Source of the DNA: Ranitomeya imitator
Taxonomy: Eukaryota
NCBI RefSeq assembly: GCF_032444005.1
Contig: NC_091287.1
Coordinates: forward strand, 246,264,001-246,328,000
DNA length: 64,000 bases
Direction: 5' to 3'
In this document: positions 1 through 12,849 of the stretch, in pieces
How the letters are laid out: the number at the start of each line of letters is the position of its first letter
How positions within the stretch are numbered: the first letter of the stretch is position 1
Notes under the pieces: model-generated
What the model was told of the DNA's origin: nothing
The model's database searches: none
The model's input: the letters and a program-made list of their open reading frames with translations, nothing else
Program-made: the position numbers and the translations under genes

Positions 1-404
1 TTGGTGAGACCACAGCGAAAATCAGGCCCAATGTTACACACTCTTTTTTTGGTGGCTGCAAATTAGAGAGATGCCCCACACGCAGGACTGTCACTGAAGC
101 ACAAATGTTAATATTAATGTCACACTATTATTTTTTTTTTATTTTTATTTTTTTCAGGAACACTTTAGAAACCCCCCCAAAAAAAAAAAATAGATTTTTG
201 CAGGGAGAATTTAGAAAACAAATGTAACAAACTATATGCTTTCTATGGGCCACTGAGTGAGAGATGACGCACACAGGAATCAGGAGTGGCACACAAGCCC
301 AGAGGCCAATATTTTTCTACCAATGATTGATGGAGTTATTTTCTCTGGTAGATTTTGGAACCCAAATCAAGGAAAAAAAATGTAGGCTTTCTATGGACCA
401 CAAT

Positions 405-445
<41 letters not shown>

Positions 446-833
446 CACCCAGGAGTCAAGACTGGCACACAAGCAGAAAGGCCAATATTAATCTCCCATT
501 TTTTGGGGGGTTTTGTTTTTTTTTTTTGTTTTTTTTTTTTTTCAGGGAGACTTTAGAAAAAAAAATAATAAAAAAAATATGATTTTATCAGGAAGAATTT
601 AGAAACCAAATAAAATAAAATGATTTTTCCAGGGAGAATTTATAAAACAAATAAAAACAAAAATAGGCGTTCTATGGCCCACTGACTGAGAGATGACGCA
701 CACAGGAGTCAGGAGTGGCACACAAGCCCAGAGGCCAATATTTTTCTACCAATGATTGATGTAGTTATTTTCTCTGGTAGATTTTGGAACCCAAATCAAG
801 GAAAAAAAATATAGGCTTTCTATGGACCACAAT

Positions 834-876
<43 letters not shown>

Positions 877-1258
877 CACCCAGGAGTCAAGACTGGCACA
901 CAAGCAGAAAGGCCAATATTAATCTCCCACTGTTTTTTTTGTTTGTTTTTTTTTTTTTTTTTTTTTTCAGGGAGACTTTAGAAAAAAAAATAATAAAAAA
1001 AATATGATTTTATCAGGAAGAATTTAGAAACCAAATAAAATAAAATGATTTTTTCAGGGAGAATTTATAAAACAAATAAAAACAAAAATAGGCGTTCTAT
1101 GGCCCACTGACTGAGAGATGACGCACACAGGAGTCAGGAGTGGCACACAAACCCAGAGGCCAATATTTTTCTACCAATGATTGATGTAGTTATTTTCTCT
1201 GGTAGATTTTAGAACCCAAATCAAGGAAAAAAAATATAGGCTTTCTATGGACCACAAT

Positions 1259-1305
<47 letters not shown>

Positions 1306-2750
1306 CACCCAGGAGTCAAGACTGGCACACAAGCAGAAAGGCCAATATTAATCTCCCACTGTTTTTTTTGGTTGTTTTTTTTTTTTTTTTTTCAGGGAGA
1401 CTTTAGAAAAAAAAATAATAAAAAAAATATGATTTTATCAGGAAGAATTTAGAAACCAAATAAAATAAAATGATTTTTTCAGGGAGAATTTAGAAAACAA
1501 ATAAGACCAAAAATAGGCGTTCTATGGCCCACTGACTGAGAGATGACGCACCCAGGAGTCAAGACTGGCACACAAGCAGAAAGGCCAATATTAATCTCCC
1601 ACTGTTTTTTTTTTTTTTTTTCAGGGAGACTTTAGAAAAAAAAATAATAAAAAAAATATGATTTTATCAGGAAGAATTTAGAAACCAAATAAAATAAAAT
1701 GATTTTTTCAGGGAGAATTTAGAAAACAAATAAAACCAAAAATAGGCGTTCTATGGCCCACTGACTGAGAGAGAGAGAGAGATGGAACGCTTAGTACTGG
1801 CACACAAGCCCAAAGGGCAATATTAATCTCCCTTTTTTTTTCCAGGGAGAATTTCTAAAACCCAAAAAAAAAAAAAAATAGGCTTTCTATGGCCCACTAT
1901 TTGTGAGAGAGATGGGACGCTCAGGACTGGCACAGATGGCACGCTCAGGACTGGCACAGAAGCCCAGAGGCCAATATTAATCTCCCTTTTTTTCTGGGAG
2001 AATTTATAAAACCAAAAAAATATTTAAATAGGCTTTCTATGGCCCACTATTTGTGAGAGAGATGGCACGCTCAGGACTGGCACAGATGGCACGCTCACAA
2101 CTGGCACACAAGCCCAGAGGCCAATATTAATCTCCCTTTTTTCAGGGAAAATTTATAAAACCAAAAAAAAAATTAAATAGGCTTTCTATGGCCCACTATT
2201 TGTGAGAGAGATGGCACGCTCAGGACTGGCACAGATGGCACGCTCACAACTGGCACACAAGCCCAGAGGCCAATATTAATCTCCCTTTTTTCAGGGAAAA
2301 TTTATAAAACAAAAAAAAAATTAAATAGGCTTTCTATGGCCCACTATTTGTGAGAGAGATGGCACGCTCAGGGCTGGCACAGATGGCACGCTCAGGACTG
2401 GCACACAAGCCCAGAGGCCAATATTAATCTCCCTTTTTTTCAGGGAGAATTTATAAAACCCAAAAAAAAATAAAATAGGCTTTCTATGGCCCACTATTTG
2501 TGAGAGAGATGGCACACTCAGGACTGGCACACAAGCCCAAAGGCCAATATTAATCTCCCACTGTATTTTTATCAGGGAGAATTTATACACCCCACAAAAA
2601 AAAATACAGAAAAATGAAAAGGCTTTCTATGGCCCACTATGTGAGAGAGATGGCACACACAGGGATGGCACTCTAGCAGAAATGCCAAATTGCCAATCTT
2701 AATCTCCCACCAAAAAAAAAAAAAAAAAAAAAAACAACAGGGAATGTCCT
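1..2750. repeat. Complex tandem satellite (about 430 bp units, then about 150 bp units) with embedded (GA)n and poly-A/T tracts; probably the interior of the DNA element ending at 3517
   Basis: ggctttctatggcccact...gagagagatggcacac...actggcacacaagc...aggccaatattaatctccc recurs throughout. The ORF-track ORFs at 355 and 784 start identically, 429 bp apart. Confidence 0.9.
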
Positions 2751-3517
2751 ACAATTACTATCTCTCTGCCTGCAGTAATCTCAGCCAGGTATGGCAGGCA
2801 GCTACTATCTCCCTGCCTGCAGTAATCTCAGCCAGGTATGGCAGGCAGCAATAAGGAGTGGACTGATGCACAAATGAAATAAAAAGTGTGGACAAACAAA
2901 AAAGATAGCTGTGCAGAAAGGAAGGAACAAGAGGATTTGTGCTTTGAAAAAAGCAGTTGGTTTGCACAGCGGCGTACACACAGCAATGCAGCTATCAGGG
3001 AGCCTTCTAGGGCAGCCCAATGAGCTACAGCGCTGAGGGGAAAAAAAAAAAAAAAAAAACTTCCACTGTCCCTGCACACCGAGGGTGGTGTTGGACAGTG
3101 CAAATCGCTGCAGCACAAGCGGTTTTGTGGTTAATGGACCCTGCCTAACGCTATCCCTGCTTCTGACAAAGCGGCAGCAACCTCTCCCTAAGCTCAGATC
3201 AGCAGCAGTAAGATGGCGGTCGGCGGGAACGCCTCTTTATAGCCCCTGTGACGTCGCAGACAGCAAGCCAATCACTGCAATGCCCTTCTCTAAGATGGTG
3301 GGGACCAGGACCTATGTCATCACGCTGCCCACACTCTGCGTTTACCTTCATTGGCTGAGAAATGGCGCTTTTCGCGTCATTGAAACGCGACTTTGGCGCG
3401 AAAGTCGCGTACCGCATGGCCGACCCCGCACAGGGGTCGGATCGGGTTTCATGAAACCCCGACTTAGCCAAAAGTCGGCGACTTTTGAAAATGTTCGACC
3501 CGTTTCGCTCAACCCTA
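2751..3517. mobile_element. Terminus of a hAT-like non-autonomous DNA element; the other end lies outside the window
   Basis: Ends ...CGCTCAACCCTA, the reverse complement of TAGGGTTGAGCG, which resembles the TAGTGATGA(G)CG TIR of the hAT MITE at 53231. The subterminal region is GC-rich with short palindromes. Confidence 0.6.
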
Positions 3518-4199
3518 GTAGCGAGTGTTGTAATTTGTGGGTGCCACATTGGATGTTCTAATCCATTACGGCATAAAGGATCACCCATTGAAAATCAAAT
3601 CTACATTCTTTATCACAACTTTATTTCCAGATTTGTTGGCTAATAATCTGTTATTATTGTAAAGGTCGTAAAGGTGAAGATTTACACTCTGTAACAAGAG
3701 CAGACATTTAAGATTGTATAACCATAGTGAAAGATCTTTTTATTCATTCTTGTGTTTTTAAGGGGAACCTCCTGCTGTTGCTCATAGTGGTCTAATAACA
3801 GCAAGACAGCAGGCTTTTGCTTGGGCAATAAGAAAAGCTGGGCATACCCCGTGACTTCAGAGTGTACCGAATGTGCACTTTGAAATATTAATGGCTTCCT
3901 TCAGAGTATGGACATGTGCACATATACATTACTGAATAATGCATGAGGAACTGGACAAGATAATGTATTTAAATCCAAACTTTCGGCAGTCTCCCATAGT
4001 CCATAGAGACCAGCAGAGTGCAGTGTAATTTAGGATGATCGCTATAGAAGGTAGAGTTAAAACATACAGAAACCATCATCTGTGATGATTTGGTCTGCCT
4101 ATATATTCCCATTTGTCCCTCGCCTTCCTTGCCCCCAGTTCTTGCTATTCTGTACTATTGGCACCAGTGATACCATTGCATTACTATAACGTATTGCTG

Positions 4200-5030
4200 G
4201 TGTCACTGGGTCATATATTTAATAGTTATTACTTTTTAACCTTTGTTGCAGCTCTTCTCTATAGAATAGCATATGGATTTTTGACCACATCGTAGTATTG
4301 GCTCCATGAACGCAATTGAAAATTCAATCTGAAATTTACAAGGCCAATATTGAGTGTTAACCAAATCTAAATGTATGTTTTTATTTTTTTTAATTTTTAT
4401 TGTATTGAAGGAATAATTGTAAATTGACACTATATCCTTCACACACATAAAATATTTATTGGCGTTGTCCCACTGGAAGCAAAAAAAGCCTAAAGCATAG
4501 ATATGAAAAGACCATGTAATACAAAGGCAACGATGCTAGTGACTTAGCAGTGCAGGAAATAATGGCATAATGTAGTCTTATCCTGAAGTCAACGGTCTTG
4601 TGAATGGTTTCATGTGTCTGCTACAAAGTGTCCTCCTTGCTGACTGCTGCCTCAGCTGTTGTAAAATGTGTTTCTAATTGATTATTGATGTGTATTACAC
4701 ATCATTATTCATTCTGGTAATGTAAAAGGATGTGGAAAGTCACTTCCATGAGGCCTTTGAAACTTCTGCTGACTTCTAACATCAATGAAATGAAAAATGT
4801 CTTTCATGTCATCACTGGTAGAAGAAGAAATGCTTTGAGCATGGAACAATTGGCAACATATTACAATGCCATCAAAAATTAAGTTTCTACATTTGTTATT
4901 AGAAAATTCTGCAATGGTTCTACGAGGCTCCCTAATGGTTGGAAGGGTGAACTTAGCCCATACAACCTCTTTTCTATAGGTGAATTGGAGGCGAGCAGCA
5001 TGGTTGCATTCTCTTTTAACAGTATACATA
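4200..5030 (-). pseudogene. Highly degraded non-LTR retrotransposon (L1/Tx1-like) ORF2 fragment
   Basis: The minus-strand peptide STSDDMKDIFHFIDVRSQQKFQRPHGSDFPHPF weakly resembles the ITxEEIxxAIxxxxxxKAPGPDGFxxEF motif that precedes the RT domain. No intact frame. Confidence 0.3.
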
Positions 5031-5692
5031 TTACAGTATTATACTGTATATTTCCGGGTAACGTTTTGTCGTCAGTTTCTGATTTAGAGTTCATCTTATG
5101 CTCTCAATCTCACAATTCTGCTGCTGACCTTTGGAAATAGTAACTTGGTTTTATTCTGCGGTTTAACATGTAACCTGACAAGTGTGTAATCAACATCTGA
5201 TATCCCACATGTATTGCTCCCTGGTAGCAGCAGAATTCTGTGTTTGGCTCTAGACGAAAACTAACTCAAAATTGGTACATAATAAAGTATAGTACAGAAA
5301 ATGTTATCTTCTTTATATATAGATTAATTCTGTATAATGTTGTAAATTAAGATTACAAAAGTGTATGGAAACACATTACCATGATCTCAGGGTTTCATGG
5401 TCTGATCGAAGACAAATATTGTACATAATTCTAGACCTGCAATTTTTTATGCTTAATAATTAGACCTGGTGTCAAATCTGTTTCAATATTGTGTTCTAGG
5501 TATTAACAGCAATTAGATAGAACCCATAATTCAAGGTATTTTCATAAAACAGAAGCTGAACTTTGATTGCTAAGTCATAAAGCCACTTTAACTCCGAGAA
5601 TGTGTTGATACTTAAGGCTCATAGACGTTGAGAGGACTAAATGCACTCGTCTGTACAACTGCATTAATTGAATTCCATTATCCCTTTCGTAG

Positions 5693-5911
5693 GCTAACTT
5701 GGCGCTACAGGGAGCCAAACTTGCTGTTGCCCAAGCAGAACTGAATAATGCACAAAACCAACTTGATGCTAAGCAGAAAGAACTGGACGATGTGCAAGCC
5801 ATGTATGATGCGGCAATGAGGGAAAAACAAATGCTCTTAGATGATGCAGAAGCTTGTAGAAGGAAAATGGTCAATGCAACGGCACTGATTGAGGGGCTTG
5901 GAGGGGAAAAA
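5693..5911 (+). CDS. DNAH5: Axonemal dynein heavy chain, DNAH5/DNAH8 family, internal exon (stalk coiled coil)
   Basis: Acceptor cgtAG|GCT and donor AAA|GTAAGA; 219 bp, phase 0/0. Encodes [73 protein letters not shown], collinear with DNAH5/8. The exact paralog is not resolved. Confidence 0.93.
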
Positions 5912-7373
5912 GTAAGAAACATATCCTTGACTATCACTTTACATTGTATCTGATTATTTATTATTTTCTTTTTAGAATAATTGGTGATGACAAGTGCTGG
6001 TGCATAAAATGTAAAGACTGGGGTTTGTCCTGGGAAATTTGGTTTATAAATCTTAGGTGTAAAGACTGAATATTGCAATGTACTTGGGACTAAACCAGAG
6101 AAGCTTGTCCATTTTGGGCCATTTGGCATTTTCTCACATTTGTTCATACCTTAACCCCTTCCTACAAATGGATATAAACTAAATGGATGGATGTAATCTA
6201 AATTGTATGTTTAGATTGTGGCACGCGCAACAGGAGCCAGATGTTATACATAGCTGAGCTTTTCCTGTATGTCTGGGGCCATAACTAGCTCCGATGTCAG
6301 CACTTTAAAACATCACATGTTACTGTCAATACTGACAGCAGCATGTGAAGAGTTTTACAGCGGGCTATCACTCCTTTTATCAGCCTATTGGCACCCCGCA
6401 CTGGGTGTCGATGGGTTGTTCTGGCAACCGGAGGTCTAACAATGGCCTCCATATTATTCATATCAATTCCGCCTATCAGATCTTTCTGGAGGCAGGGCCT
6501 GGTAGGCAAACTGTCAGTCAATCACTGACATGTTGGATAATGCACTAAACAGCTTAAGATTGCATATTGAAGTATCCCTGTAGGACTAGTAAGCACTGCA
6601 AACCAATAATAAATAATACTGTCAGTATGAATCGCTGTTTCTAGCCATGTCTGCATAGAAAAAGGTATGTCCAATACATAAAAATAATTTTCATGGAACT
6701 GGGATCGCAATTTAAACTGTTTTTTTGTGGTCTTAAAAAAAACAATTTGAAAAACAGACATGTATTTCCTATTTTTATATACATTTACCCTTGATATTAG
6801 CAAAAAAGGAATCTAAAAATTATATAACATTAAGCCCCATGAATCATGAAAAAAGAGGCAAAAATTATTTGAATATTCAAACATGAAAAATTTTAGATCA
6901 AACATGAAATAATACCCAAAAATGTGCCTAGTCCGGTAGGGGAAAATTAACTGGATAACGATTTATCCATGAGATAGGGCATGCTACAGCACATTACATT
7001 GCAATGGGACATATCTTTATGTAGTAGAAGTGCTGTTTGCTTTGTACAGTAACTAGTAGCTCCAAGTTGCTTACTCTGACTTTTTGACTGGCAGCACTTG
7101 ACTGTAGACCAATCTTGTTTGGCATCGTTTTTTTTCTAATGCACTCATATTGATCAGATTGTCGATGGAAACCTAGCATGTACTGTACCTAACATGGCAC
7201 TATAATGTTAAGTGAATAAGTGCCAGGCTTCTTGTTGATTGATCTTTTTCTTAATGTTTTCAAAATGGATGCAAATGCGATATCTCAAAATATGTCCCCC
7301 CCAAAAAAATTAAACACTGGTAAAATGTTAGACATTTGTTAAATAAATTATTCCCTTTTTCACTTGCTTCTAG

Positions 7374-7550
7374 ATAAGATGGACAGAAAGCAGTAAAAAC
7401 TTCCAGAATCAAATAATTCGACTAGTAGGCGATGTTCTTTTGGCCACTGGATTTCTCTCTTATAGCGGTCCATTTAACCAGGAGTATCGGGCTCTTCTGC
7501 TTCAGTTATGGAAGAAGGAAATGAACCATAATAGAATACCGTACAGTGAT
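7374..7550 (+). CDS. DNAH5: DNAH5-like dynein heavy chain internal exon
   Basis: Acceptor ttctAG|ATA and donor GAT|GTAAGC; 177 bp, phase 0/0. Encodes [59 protein letters not shown]. Confidence 0.95.
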
Positions 7551-7616
7551 GTAAGCATTGTATCCCTTGTACTTTTCTTATTGAGCATGTTAATTGTTTT
7601 AATTTACATACATATA

Positions 7617-7804
7617 TCCATCTGCCGCCTCATCAGAAGCATGCTCAGGCATTGTAGAGAGATCATACAGGCATGTGGAGGCCACACACACTACTGAGCA
7701 TAATTTCCTTGTCTTGAGGCATTTCATTCATTCATGTCTTGGAATATTTCATTCAGTGATATCTAGGATATGGGATTTTAGTGTTCCCTTTACTTTTTTG
7801 AGCA

Positions 7805-7806
<2 letters not shown>
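7617..7806 (+). mobile_element. 3' fragment of a Tc1-like element
   Basis: Transposase C-terminal-like text ([22 protein letters not shown]) ending tttttgagcagt before (TA)n. Same family as 14375-15357. Confidence 0.65.

Positions 7807-7844
<38 letters not shown>
7805..7844. repeat. (TA)n microsatellite
   Basis: Direct reading. Confidence 0.95.
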
Positions 7845-7847
<3 letters not shown>

Positions 7848-7848
7848 A

Positions 7849-8345
7849 CAGGGTGGGCCATTCATATGGATACACCTAAATAAAATGGGAATGGTTGGTG
7901 ATATCAACTTCCTGTTTGTGGCACGTTAGTATATGGGAGGGAGAAAACCTTTCAAGATGGGTGGTTAGTTACCATGTCGGCCATTTTAGATCCAACTTTA
8001 TTTTTTCCAATGAGAAAAGGGTCATGTGACAGATCAAACTTATTGAGAATTTCACAAGAAAAATAATGGTATGCTTGGTTTTAACATAATTTTATTCTTT
8101 CATCAGTACAAGTACATTGCAAGTTTATGACCCCTTATAAAATGTGTTCAAAGTGCTGCCCATTGTGTTGGATTGTCAATGCAACCCTCTTCTCCCACTT
8201 ATGACACACTGATAGCAACACTGCAGAAGAAATGCTAACACAGGCTTCCAGTATCCGTTGTGTCAGATGCTGGGGTCATCTGAAGGCAATTGTCTATGCT
8301 GTGAAGATACGAGATGTACAGCATCTGAAACAACAACGGAACACT
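7849..8345 (-). mobile_element. Tc1/mariner-type terminal fragment
   Basis: TA|CAGGGTGGGCCA terminus. The minus strand encodes a transposase-like C-terminus (...KRVALTIQHNGQHFEHIL*). Confidence 0.5.
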
Positions 8346-8373
8346 AAAATCCCGCATCCTAGATATCACTGAA

Positions 8374-8469
8374 TTATTATTATTATTTATTGTTATAGCG
8401 CCATTTATTCCATGGCGCTTTACATGTAAGGAGGGGTATACATAATAAAAACAAGTACAATAATCTTAA
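8374..8469 (-). mobile_element. L2 LINE 3' tail, split from its body by the 8470-13645 insertion
   Basis: (AAT)n tail plus the taaagcgccatggaataaatggcgctataa hairpin on the minus strand. Rejoins 13650 across TTAA. Confidence 0.8.
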
Positions 8470-8949
8470 CCCCTTAGTGACAGGGCCAATTTGGTACTTA
8501 ATGACCGGGCCAATTTTTGCAATTCTGACCACTGTCACTTTATGAGGTTTTAACTCTGGAACGCTTCAATGGATCCCGCTGATTCTGAGATTGTTTTTTC
8601 GTGACATATTGTACTTCATGTTAGTGGTAACATTTCTTCGATATTACTTGCGATTATTTATGAAAAAAACGGAAATATGGCGAAAATTTTAAAAATTTTG
8701 CAATTTTCAAACTTTGTATTTTTATGCCCTTAAATCAGAGAGATATGTCACGAAATATAGTTAATAAATAACATTTCCCACATGTCTACTTTACATCAGC
8801 ACAATTTTGGAAACAACATTTTTTTTTGTTAGGGAGTTATAAGGGTTAAAAGTTGACCAGCAATTTCTCATTTTTACAACACCATTTTTTTTAGGGACCA
8901 CATCACATTTGAAGTCATTTTGAGGGGTCTATATGATAGAAATTAATGA

Positions 8950-11680
8950 AGTGTGACACCATTCTAAAAACTACGCCCCTCAAGGTTCTCAAAACCACAT
9001 TCAAGAAGTTTATTAACCCTTTACGTGCTTCACAGGAACTGAAACAATGTGGAAGGAAAAAATGAACATTTAACTTTTTTTTGCAAACATCTTAATTCAG
9101 AACCATTTTTTTTATTTTCACAAGTGTAAAAACAGAAATGTAACCATAAATTTTGTTATGCAATTTCTCCTGAATACGCCAATACCCCATATGTGGGGGT
9201 AAACCACTTTTTGGGCGCACCACAGAACTTAGAAGTGAAGGAGCGCCGTTTGACTTTTTCAATGCAGAATTGGCTGGAATTGAGATCGGACACCATGTCA
9301 CGTTTAGAGAGCCCCTGATGTGCCTAAACAGTGGAAACCCCCCACAAGTGACCCCATTTTGGAAACTAGACCCCTTAAGGAACTTATCTAGATGTGTGGT
9401 GAGCACTTTGAACCCCCAAGTGCTTCACAGAAGTTTATAACGTAGAGCCGTGAAAATAAAAAATCGCTTTTGTTTACACAAAAATGATCTTTTCGCCCAC
9501 AAATTCTTATTTTCACAAGGGTAACAGGAGAAATTAGACCACAAAAGTTGTTGTGCGATTTCTCATGAATACGTCGATACCCCATATGTGAGGGTAAACC
9601 ACTGTTTGGGCGCACCGCAGAGCTTGGAAGTGAAGGAGCGCCGTTTTACTTTTTCAATGTAGAATTGGCTGGAATTGAGATTGGACGCCATGTCGCGTTT
9701 GGAGAGCCCCTGATGTGCCTAAACAGTAGAAACCCCCCACAAGTGACCCCATTTTGGAAACTAGACCCCTTAAGGAACTTATCTAGATGTGTGGTGAGCA
9801 CTTTGAACCCCCATGTGCTTCACAGAAGTTTATAATGTAGAGCCGTGAAAAAAAAAATCGCATTTTTTCTACAAAAATTATATTTGCCCACAAATTTTTA
9901 TTTTCACAAGGGTAACAGGAGAAATTAGACCACAAAAGTTGTTGTGCAATTTCTCCTGAGTACGCTGATACCCAATATGTGGGGGTAAACCACTGTTTGG
10001 GCGCACCGCAGAGCTTGGAAGAGAAGGAGTGCCGTTTTACTTTTTCAATGTAGAATTGGCTGGAATTGAGATTGGACGCCATGTAGCGTTTGGAGAGCCC
10101 CTGATGTGCCTAAACAGTAGAAATCCCCCACAAGTGACCCCATTTTGGAAACTAGACCCCTTAAGGAACTTATCGAGATGTGTGGTGAGCACTTTGAACC
10201 CCCATGTGCTTCACAGAAGTTTATAATGTAGAGCCGTGAAAAAAAAAAATCGCATTTTTTCTACAAAAATGATCTTTTTGCCCACAAATTTTTATTTTCA
10301 CAAGGGTAACAGGAGAAATTAGACCACAAAACTTGTTGTGCAATTTCTCCTGAGTACGCTGATACCCAATATGTGGGGGTAAACCACTGTTTGGGTGCAC
10401 CGCAGAGCTTGGAAGAGAAGGAGTGCCGTTTTACTTTTTCAATGTAGAATTGGCTGGAATTGAGATTGGACGCCATGTCGCGTTTGGAGAGCCCCTGATG
10501 TGCCTAAACAGTAGAAATCCCCCACAAGTGACCCCATTTTGGAAACTAGACCCCCCATGGAACTTATCTAGATGTGTGGTGAGAACTTTGAATGCCCAAG
10601 TGCTTCACAGAAGTTTATAATGCAGAGTCGTGAAAATAAAAAAAATTTTTTTTTCCACAAAAAAGATTTTTTAGCCCCCAAGTTTTTATTTTCACAAGGG
10701 TAACAAGAGAAATTGGACCCCAAAAGTTGTTGTCCAATTTGTCCTCAGTATGCTGGTACCCCATATGTGGGGGTAAACCACTGTTTGGGCGCACGGCAGA
10801 GCTCGGAAGGAAGGAGCGCCATTTTGGAATGCAGACTTTGATAGAATGGTCTGCGGGCATTATGTTGCGTTTGCAGAGCCCCTGATGTACCTAACCAGTA
10901 GAAACCCTCCACAAGTGACCCCATTTTGGAAACTAGACCCCCCAAGGAACTTATCTAGATGTGTGGTGAGAACTTTGAATGCCCAAGTGCTTCACAGAAG
11001 TTTAGAATGCAGAGTCGTGAAAATAAAAAATATATTTTTTTTCCACAAAAAAGATATTGTAGCCCCCAAATTTTTATTTTCACAAGGGTAACAGGAGAAA
11101 TTGGACTGCAATAGTTGTTGCACAATTTATCCCGAGTACGCTGATGCACCATATGTGGGGGTAAACCACTGTTTGGGCGCACGGCAGAGCTCGGAAGGGA
11201 AGGAGCGCCTTTTTGGAATGCAGACTTTGATAGAATGGTCTGTGGGCATTATGTTGCGATTGCAGAGCCCCTGATGTACCTAAACTGTAGTAACCCCCCA
11301 CAAGTGACCCCATTTTGGAAACTAGACCCCCCAAGGAACTTATCTAGATGTGTGGTGAGAACTTTGAATGCCCAAGTGCTTCACAGAAGTTTATAATGCA
11401 GAGTCATAAAAAAAAATATATATTTTTTTTTTCCACAAAAAGGATTTTGTAGCCCCCAAGTTTTTATTTTCACAAGGGTAACAAGAGAAATTGGACCCCA
11501 GAAGTTGTTGTCCAATTTATCCCGAGTGTGCTGATGCAAAATATGTGGAGGTAACCCACTGTTTGGGCGCACGGCAGAGCTCAGAATAAAGGGAGCACCA
11601 TTTGACTTTTTGAGCGCAAAATTGGCTGTCGTGTTTGGAGACCCCCTGATGTACCTAAACAGTGGAAACCCCCCAATTCT
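8950..11680. repeat. About 390 bp tandem repeat, about 7 copies
   Basis: gaaactagacccc...ggaacttat recurs near 9362, 9757, 10149, 10543, 10931 and 11319. Confidence 0.9.
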
Positions 11681-12555
11681 AGCTCCAACCCAACTCCAAC
11701 ACACCCCTAACCCTAATCCCAACCCGATCCATAATCCTAATCACTAACCCTAACGATAATCCCAACCCTTACCCAAAAACAACCGTAATGTCAACCCTAA
11801 CCATAACCCTAATCAAAACCCTAAATCCAACACACCCCTAATCCTAATCTCAACACTAACCTCAAAGCTAACCCTAATCCCAATACACCCCTAATCACAA
11901 CCCTAACCTTAACCCTAATCCCAAACCTAACCCTAATCCCAAGCGTAACCCTAATGCCAACCCTAACCCTAATAGCAACCCTAATCCAAACCCTAACCCT
12001 AATCCCAACTCTAACCCTAACTTTAGCCCCAACCCTAACCCTAGTCCTAAGGCTACTTTCACACTTGCGTCGTTTGGCATCCGTCGCAATCCGTCATTTT
12101 GGACAAGAAACGGATCCTGCAAATGTGCCCGCAGGATGCGTTTTTTGCCCATAGACTTGTATTGCCGACGGATCGTGACGGATGGCCACACGTCGCGTCC
12201 GTAGTGCACTGGATCAGTGTTTTGGCGGACCGTCAGCACAAAAAAACGTTCAATGTAACGTTTGCGTTTTTTTATACGTCGCATCCACCATTTCTGACCG
12301 CGCATGCGTGGCCGTAACTCCGCCGCCTCCTCCCCAGGACATAGATTGGGCAGCGAATGCGTTGAAAAACTACATCCGCTGCCCACGTTGTGCACAATTT
12401 TCACAACGTGCGTCGGTATGTCGGGCCGATGCATTGCGACGGCCCCGTACCGACGTAAGTGTGAAAGAAGCCTAACCCTAAATTTAGCGCCAACCCTAAC
12501 TATAAATTTAGCCCCAACCCTAACCCTAAATTTAGCCCTAGCCCTACCCCTAACC
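11680..12555. repeat. Degenerate telomere-like (CCCTAA)n tract, interrupted by a MITE and abutting the N gap
   Basis: ccctaaccctaatcccaaaccctaacc... at 11680-12050 and 12473-12555. Confidence 0.85.
12051..12472. mobile_element. PIF/Harbinger-type MITE (422 bp)
   Basis: TAA|GGCTACTTTCACACTT ... AAGTGTGAAAGAAGCC|TAA. Confidence 0.85.
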
Positions 12556-12849
12556 NNNNNNNNNNNNNNNNNNNNNNNNNNNNNNNNNNNNNNNNNNNNN
12601 NNNNNNNNNNNNNNNNNNNNNNNNNNNNNNNNNNNNNNNNNNNNNNNNNNNNNNNNNNNNNNNNNNNNNNNNNNNNNNNNNNNNNNNNNNNNNNNNNNNN
12701 NNNNNNNNNNNNNNNNNNNNNNNNNNNNNNNNNNNNNNNNNNNNNNNNNNNNNNNNNNNNNNNNNNNNNNNNNNNNNNNNNNNNNNNNNNNNNNNNNNNN
12801 NNNNNNNNNNNNNNNNNNNNNNNNNNNNNNNNNNNNNNNNNNNNNNNNN
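12556..12849. other. Assembly gap (294 N)
   Basis: Run of N. Confidence 1.

Noticed and set aside
1-2750. Regular repeat units that might suggest a CRISPR-like array, and ORFs such as MEPKSRKK...ERERER
   Set aside because: The units are 150-430 bp whole-unit duplications with no unique spacers, in eukaryotic context. The ORFs are translations of microsatellite and homopolymer tracts.
11680-12555. A true chromosome end or telomere fusion site
   Set aside because: The repeats are degenerate, in one orientation only, and enclosed by transposon TIRs within an intron.
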